A stretch of 64,000 nt of DNA from Octopus sinensis (lineage: Eukaryota): the NCBI RefSeq assembly GCF_006345805.1, contig NC_043011.1, forward strand, positions 25,618,464-25,682,463. The letters run 5' to 3'. Position 1 is the first letter of the stretch, and each line of letters starts with the position of its first letter. The notes below the pieces were generated by a model that worked only from the letters and a program-made list of their open reading frames with translations, was not told the DNA's origin and searched no databases. Positions 52,400 through 64,000 of this stretch are shown here, in pieces. A program made the translations under genes and the position numbers.

Positions 52400-53260
52400 A
52401 GAAGGCTAATGACAGTTGCTTGTGATAAGACCCAATGGAAGAGGTGTCTAAGGACTCTGAGGACCCATTGGGAGCATGTCGAAAATTTCTGACAAAGTCT
52501 CTCTATAATTCACAATTTTCCATTCTTCATGGCAACTATGAGTTATTGAGGTTTGTATCACCTGATGGTTGATCAATGAATGTTTGAGCAGGTCTGCCTC
52601 TAATGTGTCTCCTGTGAGCTGGTCCCCACAATAGTACCTTGCATATCACTACATGCTTATTTCCCAAGCAATGTTCTGCAAACTGTAACCGTCTTTGAGC
52701 AATTATAGTTGTTATCTTGGGCAAGTTTCTATATAAACTTTTATCTGTTGCTTATTGGCGTGAGTTTATGCTTTGTAAAACCCTAAACATTTTAGAGTAT
52801 GCACCATCTAGTTTCTTTCCAAGCACTTGTGTCAGGGTTCATGATCTGGAGAATGATATTTTGAATTTTCTGAGTAGATCTGACTTCCAAATCTTTTTCA
52901 TTTCATCCTATACAGCCCAACCGTCAGTAATTCTTATATCAATGTCCTTTTTTGATGAACTTATCCAGCTGCACAAATATAGAAAATCATTAACTGAATT
53001 TAGTATTCCGTCATCCAGTGTGACAAGATTTCCATCTTCTTGGTTTAGTGATATTATACTCTGTCTTGGAACGTTTATGTATAGAACAATTTTCCTGGCA
53101 GAGAGCTTGTTCTGTGGCATTTGATAAATGAGCTATGTCATCAGCAAAATTGGTATCACATATAACATAGTTCAAGGCATTATAAATTGGTATCACATAT
53201 AACATAGTTCAAGGCATTATATCTCTCAATTCAATCCCTTTTTTCTTATACATCTTTCCA
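52400..53260 (-). mobile_element. Decayed RTE-like LINE related to 36390-37478
   Basis: NFADDIA, FLYLCSWISSS, RRLQFAEHC; perfect 37-bp tandem duplication at 53147-53220. Confidence 0.8.
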
Positions 53261-53319
53261 TAATGCATTCTTGAATTCTCAGGACTGATCTTCATTTTGC
53301 CATTTTACTCATCTTTCAG

Positions 53320-53426
53320 ACGCAGCAAAAAGTCCAGACACACACCTGCTCAGCTCACATGAAAGCCCAGAAGGCACGTGAGGATCGATTACACCGTGAA
53401 ATTAGTCATGCTTCAAATATGAAGAG
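53320..53426 (+). CDS. CCDC177: CCDC177-like exon: TQQKVQTHTCSAHMKAQKAREDRLHREISHASNMK(R)
   Basis: ctttcag|ACG ... AG|gtaagt, 107 nt, phase 0-2. Confidence 0.85.
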
Positions 53427-54292
53427 GTAAGTTTGGTGACGATGAGCAGTGCTGCATAAAGGTAAGCTTTCTTATTTCTTTATTGCCCACAAGAGGCAAA
53501 ACAAAGAGGGGACAAACAAAGACAGGCGAAAGGATTAAGTTAATTACATCGACCCCAGTGTGTAACTGGTACTTAATTCATCGACCCCGAAAGGATGAAA
53601 GGCAAAGTTAACCTCAGTGGAATTTGAACTCAGAATGTAACGGCAGATGAAATACCACTAAGCATTTTGCTGGGCATGCTAATGTTTCTGCCAGCTTGCC
53701 ACCTAAGGGTAAGCTTTCTGCTAGATTAATTCTGGGATAATTCAGAGTAGGTTCCTTGTTTTATTGTTATTCAACATTCTCTGTTTTTGATGTTAGGGAT
53801 CAGTAGGAATGTCTCAACATCTGTTTCTACTCCCCCCAATCTCTGTCTTGAAGACTACAAGACTTATTGCTTGTTCATGGCCACTTTAGATCAGTGGTTC
53901 TTAACTGTATTTTGCCCATGGATCCCTTTGATTCTTATCTTACTCTACTGGACCCCCATAACTATTTGATGTTTAAAAAAAATCCTATTATATTTTTTCC
54001 ATGGCTATGTGGTAAGAAGTTAACTTCTCAGCCACATGGTTCTGGGCTCAGTCCCACTGCATGGTACCATGGACAAGTGTCTTCAATATATATATATGTC
54101 ACATGTGTATTATATCATTCCTTGATACTGCGTAGACTAAGATCCCCGTTGACAAGCCACTTGTATTTATGGAGTGTTAAACATTTTCGGTATGCAAATT
54201 AGGAACTCCTTCATAGAGTAACTGTTGCATTTGTTGAGTATATAAACAGTTTGGCTGCTTGCTTCTTTGGAGGCTGTCAGAATGTTGTAGAT

Positions 54293-54334
54293 GCCTCTGA
54301 TGAGAACTCAATAAGGTTGAAAATTGATTAGGGT
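54293..54334 (+). ncRNA. Hammerhead-like motif with intact core and weakened stems
   Basis: GCCT-CTGATGA-G-AACT caataa GGTT-GAAA-ATTGATT-A-GGGT; stem III probably from palindromic AATCGATT. Confidence 0.5.
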
Positions 54335-55679
54335 TGTTCATCATTTTTTTCAGTCTGCGGAGAAATGGCTAAAATTTGCCCCATTTATAATTATACCATA
54401 TGTTACATATATATTTATATATATCTGTGTGTGTGTTTATGTTTGTTCCCCCTCCCACCGCTTGACAACCAGTGATGATTTGTTTACATCCATGTAACCA
54501 AGTGGTTTAGCAAAAAGAGACTGACAGAATAAGTACCAGGCTTAAAAGTAAGTACTAAAGTCAATTCATTCAACAAAAGATTCTTCAAGGCAGTGCCCCA
54601 GCATGGCCACAGTCTAAAGACTGAAGCAAGTAAGAGATAAAAGGAAGATATTATTAGGAATTATGTAAAGGAATTGTTAAAATATGTGTATTGTGGAAAT
54701 TTATCCAGTTTATTGCACTTAAAATTTTAATGACAAAATCTTATAAGGAACCTCAAGGGTCATATGGACACTGGTTGAAAACCTAAGGTCAAGCTGGAAC
54801 AATAAATCTGTTGAATATCTCCTGGTCTTAGCCTTCTGTTATAATAATTCCATTCACATCTAGTATGCAAATATAAAAATATAAGTCAGTTGAGAAATCT
54901 TGGTGACCTTCCTAGTACTGTTGCCATGAAAAATGTTTCAAGAACACTCTGTAAAGTGGTTGGCCTTAGGAAGCTGTAGAAACCATGCCAAAGCAGGCAT
55001 TGGAGCTTAGAGTATTTCTCTGGCTCATTGGCTCATGTTGAACCGTACAACTCATGCCTGCATGGAAAAAGAGACATTAAATAATGATGATGATGAGTAG
55101 GAGGAGGATGGTGAAATCAGCCTCTGTACTTGCTACCTTGGGTGTGTGTGAACCCTGGTAATATTTGAGTTTAGAACTAAAATGGTGAGCAGGCAGAATT
55201 GTCAGCATGCAGGGCAAAATGCTTAGTGGTATTTTGTCTGTCGTTATTTTCTGGGTTCAAATTCTACTGAGCTTGACTTTGTCTTTCATCCTTTTGGGAT
55301 TGATAAAGTAAGTACCAGTTGAGCACCGTAATCGAGTTAAACCCTGCTGGCCTTGTGCCAAAATTTGAAACCAATATTTGAGCTCAGAACTTTTAGGTGT
55401 TAATGTTGTTTTTGTTGATTAGCTCCTTGTGTCCTTCCTCTTTTAAGACGACAGGATGGGATTTGAGGGAAATTTGACTATTTGAAGTATGTTGATTGAT
55501 TACATGCAATCTCTGTCCTTCCCTTTTTATAATGGTAGGATGAAATGGAAAGGAGTCTTGGCTTCTATTTCTAGCAGGCTGAGAAATCACTAAGACGGGA
55601 CACTCATTTGCAAGATGTGTCCAAGGGTTGTATTATCCTCATTCATCTAATTAAAGGCTCACTACTTATGATGCAGTGA

Positions 55680-56240
55680 AGGCGCATGGCTCAGTGGTTA
55701 GAGCGTCGAGCTTATGATCGTGAGGTTGTGAGCTCGAATCCCGGACCGGGCTGCATGTTGTGTTCTTGAGCAAGACACTTTATTTCACATTGCTCCAGTT
55801 CACTCATCTGTAGAAATGAATTACAGCATCACAAGTGCCAAGCTGTATTGGCTGTTGCCTTTTCTTGGATGACACTGGTGGCGTGGAGAGGGGAGGGCGG
55901 TGAGCTGGCAGAACCATTAGCACGCCGGGTGAAATGCGTAGCCGTATTTCGTCTGCTGTTACGTTCTGAGTTCAAATTCCGCCGAGGTTGACTTTGCCTT
56001 TCATCCTTTCGGGGTCGATTAAATAAGTACCAGTTTCGCACTGGGGTCGATATAATCGACTTAATCCATTTGTCTGTCCTTGTTTGTCCTCTCTGTGTTT
56101 AGCCCCTTGTGGGTAGTAAAAAAATAGGTATGCATGGGCGACTGCTGGTCTTCCATAAACAACCTTGCTCGGACTTGTGCCTGGGAGGGTAACTTTCTAG
56201 GTGCAATCCCATGGTCTGTGTTATGACCGAAGGGGGGTTC
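55680..56240 (+). mobile_element. tRNA-derived SINE interrupted by a second SINE (about 55897-56128)
   Basis: ggcgcatggctcagtggttagag head; the body resumes at ggtatgcatgggcgactg after the inserted SINE. Confidence 0.65.
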
Positions 56241-56275
56241 TCACTTATGATGCAATATCCATATCTTTATTTCAG

Positions 56276-56384
56276 GATCAACACATATCTTGAGTTGTGG
56301 AAAGAGAAGACAGTAGAACATCTGAGTGAGAAAGAAAAGCGGTTGGAAGAAATACAGGCTGCCAGGGAGCAGCAAATGAATGAG
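56276..56384 (+). CDS. CCDC177: CCDC177-like exon: INTYLELWKEKTVEHLSEKEKRLEEIQAAREQQMNE
   Basis: tatttcag|G ... GAG|gtgagt, 109 nt, phase 2-0. Confidence 0.88.
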
Positions 56385-57410
56385 GTGAGTTTTCTAGTCA
56401 GGCGGATTGTACTATGACTGTTTGATGATCTGAATACCTGTATGTTTGTCTGCCTATCTGTATACTTGTCCATTTGTCTGTCTGTCCATCCATCCGTCAT
56501 CTTATCTGCCTGCCTGTCTTTTTTCATTTTTACTTTTTTTTTTACTTGTTTTAGTCATTGGACTATGGTCATGCTGGGGCACTGCCTCGAAGGGTTTTAG
56601 TTAAGCAAATGGGGCAAATGCTTAGTCTTTCTTTAAAGTCTGGTACTTATGCTATTGGTTGCTTTTGCCAAATTGTTAAGTTACTGGGATGTAAACAAAG
56701 CAATATCGGTTGTCAAGCAGTGGGGAGTTAAACACAACACACACACACATGTATACACACTCACACATGTGCACATACATAGACACACACACAAAACATA
56801 TGCATGCACACACACACATACATGCACATATCCAACCAGCTTTCACATAGTTTCTAACCTACCAAATTCACTCACTAGGCATGGGTCAGCCAGAAGCTGT
56901 CGCAGATGACACTTGCCCAAGGTGCCATACAATTGGATTGAGCCTGAGACCACACTGTTGCAAAGTGAGCTTCTTAATTACCTAACCATGCCTGCACCAG
57001 TCTATATGTTTGTTCATCCATCTATCACTGCATTATCTACCTGCCTATTTAATACCTTCCTCTGTATTCATCTACCTTTCAATATATCTACAGCTTTATC
57101 TGCTTGGAAGTAATGTTTGTTTATCACCATATCAATATGGCTGTTTAACATTACTATCATTTTTAACCCCAGGAAGAGCTTCTTACAGCTGGTTATCAAT
57201 GCAGTCTGCACCTGGTATATATTGCGAGAGGGGAGCGAACTTCTACCATCTTCTAGCAGATGAAGGGACCATCAGGGCAAACAGTTTCGGGCTATTTGTA
57301 CTCATTGTCGGTGGTGAATACCTGGCCGCTAGAGATAGCAGGAATTCACCCCAGCTCACAATATATAGAAAACCAAGTGACAGTCATTGATATTGCAAGT
57401 GGTGGGGTGT

Positions 57411-57458
57411 TCACCACTGATGATGGGCCAAATAGCCTGAAACCATCCAGTCTGGTGA
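57411..57458 (+). ncRNA. Minimal type I hammerhead ribozyme motif, intact core
   Basis: TCACCA-CTGATGA-T-GGGC caaata GCCT-GAAA-C catcca G-TC-TGGTGA: 6-bp stem I, 4-bp stem II, 2-bp stem III, GUC cleavage triplet. Confidence 0.75.
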
Positions 57459-58381
57459 TCCTGTCATCTGGGTGCAGATTGCTGAGATAATCAGCTGGAG
57501 GAGGCTCTTTCCGATGTTAAAAATGGTAGTAATGTCAAACAGCCATATTGATATGGCGATAAACATTACTTCTTAGTATAGTTCCTATTTCATCCCTTAT
57601 AGAGATTTTCTCACTAACTTCTTTGCTTTATCTATTTGATTATTTATATATCTAACGAAATCAAAATCGAATTGAACCAGCCAGGACCCCTGGTCTGGTG
57701 GTACGTAAAAAGCACTATCCGACTCGTGGCCGATGCCAGCGCCGCCTCGACTGGCTTCCGTGCCGGTGGCACGTAAAATACACCAATCCGACCGTGGCCG
57801 TTGCCAGCCTCGCCTGGCATCTGTGCAGGTGGCACGTAAAAAGCACCCACTACACTCACGGAGTGGTTGGCGTTAGGAAGGGCATCCAGCTGTAGAAACA
57901 TTGCCAGATAAGACTGGAGCCTGGTGCAGCCTTCTGGCTTCCCAGATCCCCGGTCGAACTGTCCAACCCATGCTAGCATGGAGAACCGACGTTAAACGAT
58001 GATGATGATGATGATGAAGCCTTAATCTGTCTGCTAATCTATATATCTGCTTCTTTATCCATATGTTTATAGCTTTATCTGTCAGCTCACCTACATATCT
58101 GCAACTTTATCCATCTTCCTACCTTTATATATCTATCTGTTTCTCTATATGTCTCTAACTTTAAGTCTCTACTTATCTATATATCTCCCACTTTACCTGT
58201 CTGCTTATATCTCTATCTATTACATTATTTATCTTCCAGTCTATATATCTATCGCTTAAACTAACTATACATCTCTCATTTTATCTACATGTCTGTCAGT
58301 CTGTTGGCTGTTTGTCTGCCTGTCTGTCCGTTTGCCTCTCACTTTCTCTCTAGCTATCTCTGTCTGTTTATCTGTATACCT

Positions 58382-58486
58382 GCTTTCTTTCTTTGTTTCT
58401 TTCTTTCTTTCTTCCTTCCTTCCTTTCTTTCTTTGTTTCTTCCTTTCTTTGTTTCTTTCTTTCTTCCTTCCTTCCTTCCTTCCTTC

Positions 58487-58519
<33 letters not shown>

Positions 58520-58541
58520 TTTCTTCTTCCTTCCTTCCTTC

Positions 58542-58588
<47 letters not shown>

Positions 58589-58589
58589 T

Positions 58590-58625
<36 letters not shown>

Positions 58626-58627
58626 TC
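58382..58627. repeat. (CTTT)n/(CTTC)n polypyrimidine microsatellite
   Basis: About 245 bp, ending 33 nt before the last coding exon. Confidence 0.95.
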
Positions 58628-58659
58628 ACTCACTCACTCACATGTCATTTCTATTGCAG

Positions 58660-58824
58660 GCACGTGCATCAGCTCACCGTTCAATGATTCTACGGAACAA
58701 GTTGCGCCAGTACTACGATCCAAACAACTTTGATAAGAAGCTTCTGGAAGCAGAACTCTACATCAAAATGGGATCTGGGATACAAACAGCTGCAAAAAAT
58801 CTCTCCTCCTTCAGTATAAGCTAA
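58660..58824 (+). CDS. CCDC177: CCDC177-like terminal coding exon: ARASAHRSMILRNKLRQYYDPNNFDKKLLEAELYIKMGSGIQTAAKNLSSFSIS*
   Basis: attgcag|GCA ... TAA; resembles the C-terminal ARAS...R.K.R.....FD....EA.L motif of CCDC177/185 as I recall it. Confidence 0.9.
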   Translation, partial: ARASAHRSMILRNKLRQYYDPNNFDKKLLEAELYIKMGSGIQTAAKNLSSFSIS

Positions 58825-58958
58825 AAGGTATTTTGAAGAAAAGGAGGAGGGAAAGAAAGAGGAAAGTGTTTGTCACCGACTAAGAATTGGCTCTACCCCA
58901 ACCCACCATCATCCTATCTCTCTTATTCCAATATATGTATGTGTATGTGCCTGTGTAT

Positions 58959-59035
<77 letters not shown>

Positions 59036-59539
59036 TTATATTAAATTAGAGACAAAACCACTATTAGGCAAATCAAAATATATGTGTTGTTATCATCATC
59101 ACTAGTAACTACCACTTTTCTGTGTTTGTATGGGTCAGATGGAGTTTGTTAAGATGGATTTTCTACAGTCGCATGTCCTTCTTGTTGTCAACTGTCATCT
59201 GTTTAAAGTAAGGCAATATATATCCCCATGACTTGACAGATTTCCATGGAAGACTGGAAATGAAGAAAGCTTGCTTGACGACGACAGTGGTTTACACCTA
59301 TCACAAAATGTCAAGACAAGGAGACAGTAGTGCACGCATGTGCGCATGTGTGCACACACACAAACACACACACATATATGACAAGCTAATTTCAGTTTGT
59401 GTCTATCAAATCCACTGTCAAGATTTTGGTTGGTCTAGGGCTATAGTAGAAGACACTTGCCCAAGGTACCATGCTGTGGAGTTTAACCTGAAACTTATGG
59501 TCAGGAAGCTAACTTCTTTACCATACATCTGTGCCTGTG

Positions 59540-59576
<37 letters not shown>

Positions 59577-59658
59577 TTGTGTATGTATGTATGTGTGTGT
59601 TTGTGTGTTTGATTATTTCGATCAAATGCTCATGATGGTTTCAGTTCAAAGAAAATGC

Positions 59659-59699
<41 letters not shown>

Positions 59700-60434
59700 T
59701 GATAGGTCATATATTGTTAAGTAATCTTAAGGATAGGTAATCTTAAGGGCGCAATGGCCCAGTGGTTAGGGCAACGGACTTGCAGTCAGAGGATCGCGGT
59801 TTCGATTCCCAGACCAGGCGTTGTGTGTGTTTATTGAGCGAAAACACCTAAAGCTCCATGAGGCTCCGGCAGGGGGTGGTGGCGACCCCTGTTTTACTCT
59901 TTCACCCCAACTTTTTCTCAACCTCTCTTCCTGTTTCTTGAGTAACACTGCGATGGACTGGTGTCCCATCCAGCTGAGGGGAACACATACACCACAGAAA
60001 CTGAGAAACCAGGCCCATGAGCCTGGCTAGGCTTGAAAAGGGCACATAAATAAATAGATAATCTTAAGGAAACCTGAGGGTTTTTCTTTTTGGTGGAAGC
60101 ATAGCTGGTAAATATAGTAATTTATCAACTTTTATTGTCCAAATGCTCTGGTCAATGTGTGCCATTTGTAAACATAAAACGTATAATTAACTGGTAATTT
60201 AATATTGATTTCAAATTTTGGTTCAAGGCCAGCAATTTCAGGGCTGTGGGCAAGTTGATTATATTGATCCTGGTACTCAAATAGTACTTATTTTATTGAC
60301 CCTGAAAGGATAGAAGGCAAAGTACACCCTGGCAGAATTTGAAGTCAGAATGTAAGGATGAGCGAAATGCCTCTAAGCATTTTGCCTAGCATGTTAATAA
60401 TTCTGCTAGGTGGTTGCCTTAACTGTTCATTGAA

Positions 60435-60660
60435 TATTGATAATAATGTCACCTAGACGTTTCCCATTGTTTCACACATATTGTAGCTTGTACTGGAAGT
60501 TCTGCATTATACATCACATATTGTCATGGGGTACTGCTCTACTTCCCTAACAAATATGTGCATTCAGGTAATCTGATATGCATGAGTTATTTGTTGATGA
60601 ACACTTTCCCTTTGATGTAACCCCACCAAGGAAACAGCCACACACTGTAATGTCAAGCAA
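60435..60660 (-). mobile_element. Tc1/mariner-superfamily transposase C-terminal fragment (DD37D/DD41D-like)
   Basis: DITVCGCFL/WGYIKGKVFINK ... IMQNFQYKLQ..NNGKRLGDII, with stops. Confidence 0.55.
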
Positions 60661-61350
60661 TCATGCAGTTGATGGAGCATCACCATGATGGGAGATGATG
60701 TGGCCAGTAAACATTTCATCATTGCTGATTTAATGTCTACTTTTCCATGCTTGCATGGGTTGGATGGAATTTATTGAGGCAGATTTTCTACAGCCAGATG
60801 CCTTTCCTGTTGCCATCCCTCATCTGTTTGCAAGCAAGGTAAACATCTCCCCATGGCCAGACATGTTTACACAGAATAGTGGAAATGACTGACACTGCTT
60901 GTGTAACAGCACCACTCAGCTACAACATTCATGCGATGTCAAGAGAGGGTAAAACAAATGTACGTATACTTATAAACTTATATACACACATACTTACATA
61001 CACACATACACACAGATGTGCACACACATTCACACACACATGCAATCGCGTGCACACACACACACACATGCAATCGCGTGCACACACACACACACACACA
61101 CACAAAACCAAAATGGAGATGGGTACTAACATTTCCATGTGGTACACCTGAACAATTGTGAAGATCTCTTCATATGAAACCATTGGTTAGCTTATTAACC
61201 CACAAATAAAGAACATCTATCCACCAATGCAGTGTTGAGCACCCATTCTCACTGTTTGATATTAGCATAACAACACTTCCCTCATTTTTAAATACTGGCT
61301 GAGTACTAAACATAAACATGGAATCAAATCAAACCATGGAAAAACACAAA

Positions 61351-61381
<31 letters not shown>

Positions 61382-63344
61382 CATACAGAAATATATATGA
61401 TGAGTTTCTTTCAGTTTCCAGCTACCAAATCATTTCACAAGGCTTTGGATGGCCTGAAGATATGGTAGAGGATACTTACCCAGAGTGCCATACAGTAGGA
61501 CAGAACCTGAAAACGTGGTTGGGAAGCAAGCTTCTTCACCACATAGCTACTCCAGTGGCTTTAGTAATATTTGTGAAAGCTCATGTGTGGGCATTTGCTC
61601 CATCTTAGTTGAAACCGTATAAGTGAAGTGTTAATGCCACAGCTGTTCCGTTCTAGGAAACAGAAGTTGTGCAGAACAAATATGCAGTCATTATAATTTG
61701 CTGATATTTTATTTACACCCTTTTCAAAGAGATAAGGAGTTATTGCACTGAGGTTTGCCACACAGTACTGCACTGTTTCATGTTCGCAGCAAAGGAGGCA
61801 CTTAAGTACTCATCAGGGATTGCTGCCGTACCAGTAGCAGAAGTTATGCTTATTTATGCAACCAGACAAATAGATATGTGCTTCATCAACTTGTGGGAAG
61901 AATCACGTCATCTGTGTACATTGCAAGCATGTTTTCTGCAAATGTTTTCTGGCTTTTCCAAATGCTTTGATAGATTTCTTGCACAATTATAATCTTATAA
62001 AAAATTTAAATCAAGGTGCAATTTCTTTTGCAAACTTATGATCTGAAATGCTAATGCAGCGCAATGCATGCATGTAGAACACCAAAATATTCTATTCTAA
62101 ATATTCTATTTAAAATTCCTGAATATTCTTTGGTGTTTGGACAATTTGCACATCTCTTGATGGCTTTTGTTTTCCCGACGTTGAAATTTTCTGCCCCTAA
62201 CAATATTGTATTTTGTCTAGTTATTTTCTCCATGATGGTCCACATTAAAATGCAAGCAAAAATTTCCCTCATCATCACTGTTTAACATTTGTTTTCCTTG
62301 ATGGCATGGTTGGATGGTTTGACAAGAGCTGATGAGCCAGAGGACTGCATCAAGCTCCAAAGTCTGCTTTGCCAGGGTTTCTATGGCTGGATGTCCTTCC
62401 TAATACCAACCACTTCACAGAATGTACTGGGTGCTTTTTATGTGTCACTGGCACCAATGAGGTTACCAAATAACTTGCAAAACAAGACCTCTTACTTGAG
62501 GTGGTGGAGTGTAGTTTTGAGGAAGGTGGCTTTATACCAGGTAATGAAAGGTTGAAATATGAGAGAGAGAGAGAGAGAGAGAGACAGAAAGAGGTATTTT
62601 GCTGTAAGTGAGATAAATAGCTACTCCAGTTTGTAAATGAGAAAAGATGGTGGTGAAGAAGTGTCAATGCATACTCTCAAGTTACAGAAAGGGGAATATA
62701 AGAGAAGTAGTCCAGATAAATGAATAGAATGAATGAATGGGTAGGTAAATTTTCGAGAGTGTGAAAGGAGAGTGGTGGATGACTAAAGACAGAGAATGAG
62801 GTGAATGCAGTGAAGCAGTGAACGGTGAACTAGGTTGGAGGCATGGTCAGTGTTGAATATCAATTTTGTGAGGTGCAGAAGGTGAAAGTGATAGGAGACA
62901 ACACTGGTGATATGAAGGTGAAGTGTGGGTGATGTGCAAGAGATGCATTGTGCCAGGGATGAGGTCAGAGGTACATAGGGGTGGAAATGGTGGGAAGTGA
63001 AGGTAGGTAGTGGGGCTTCCATAGGCAAAGTGAGAGAGTGTACAGGGGAGAAGTGGAGGTGAAAGAGGATTTCAGAAGAAAATAAGGTTGTAAGGGATGA
63101 TATTGAGAATGCAAATGACAATGGAAGTGGTTTCAGGAAGGGTGAGTGAGGACACAGAAAATTGGAAAATTCAATATTTGCAATTCTGCTCTTGTATAAT
63201 TACAGCAGCTGTGTGAGCATTGTCATGGTCAGAAGAATGATGGAAAGGAAGGTGTTTGATGAGTTGTGGGTAAAAGACATATGAGGGATAGATTAGGTGC
63301 GGGGGCATAGACATAAATAATATGCTTTTAGGGCCTCATTTTTG

Positions 63345-64000
63345 CTGAAATGGACAGGTCTTCTTGAATACAGAAAGTCACCAATCATCTTGGTCCTTTT
63401 GACCTCTTCCGGGGTTCAACATCTGAAGATCATTCTTCACTACTTTGTCTCACATCTTCCTGAATTACTGTCTTCCGCAGGTTCCATCCACACTTAGCAA
63501 TCAACACATCTTTATACAGCTGTCCACGTCCATATGATTACATGACTATACCAGATCAGTCTTCGGTCTTGCACACTTCATCTGATGTCACTTGTGCCAA
63601 ATTTTTCTCTCATCACATTTGCATTTTGTTGTACATGCACACTGATGTTGCACATCCAACAGAGAATGCTAGCTCATTTTTTTCTAGCCTTTGCATGTCC
63701 TCTGCATTTATGGTGCATGTTTCACTACTATGTGGCATTACTGTTCATACACAAGCATCATACAATGTGCCTTTCATGCTGAGAGAGAGAGACCTTTTGT
63801 TACCAATGAAGGTAACAGCTCTCTGAACTTTCTCCCACTGATTCTTATTTTAATGATTATGCATTCAGAGCATCCTCCTCCACTGCTAATTAGGTCACCT
63901 AGGTAACTGAAATTATCTACTATCTCTAAGGACCCTCCTGGGCATTCAAGACAGTTTATTTCTTGTAAATTCTTATTATATATTGCTCCTGCTCATCTGC
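63345..64000 (-). mobile_element. Older RTE LINE copy of the same family as 22910-25214
   Basis: Colinear similarity to about 23480-24120 (FSYLGDLISSGGGC). Confidence 0.8.

Noticed and set aside
59040-59045. ATTAAA as the gene's poly(A) signal
   Set aside because: It sits in an AT microsatellite context; the 3' end cannot be located without transcript data.
61790-61820. Hammerhead-like CTGATGA on the minus strand, and CTGATGA in exons at about 35254 and 39504
   Set aside because: No stem II followed by GAAA and no stem I pairing.
61580-62280. Possible Penelope GIY-YIG remnant on the minus strand
   Set aside because: Only vague Cys/His spacing across stops; no GIY or YIG motif recovered by eye.
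62660-63130. 112-aa minus-strand ORF
   Set aside because: Probably a heavily decayed CR1/L2-type LINE C-terminus; too degenerate to call as a gene or to assign a family.

Overview
AT-rich, microsatellite-dense eukaryotic DNA. The SINE, RTE and microsatellite content looks like a coleoid cephalopod, probably Octopus; this is inferred, not database-confirmed. The window holds the 3' part of one + strand gene, a CCDC177/CCDC185-family coiled-coil protein: 12 coding exons from 852 to 58824 with consistent GT-AG phases, an open frame throughout, and an N-terminus upstream of the window. A CpG-rich island at about 16.3-17.5 kb ends in a candidate alternative first coding exon (17403-17488) that splices in frame to the 32107 exon. 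The rest is intron or flank filled with transposons: an Hsmar1-like mariner, a DD36E Tc1, a DD34E Tc1, a Helitron and a Helitron helicase fragment, several RTE LINEs (one nested in another LINE with a TSD), an RLE-type LINE fragment, hAT- and piggyBac-like MITEs, tRNA-derived SINEs, minisatellites and long hairpins. The most striking hidden signal is six minimal type I hammerhead-ribozyme motifs in Penelope/retrozyme-like elements. Five are sense to the host pre-mRNA, and one (57411-57458) has a fully canonical core with a GUC cleavage site in the last intron. Most ORFs in the supplied track are microsatellite or SINE artefacts.
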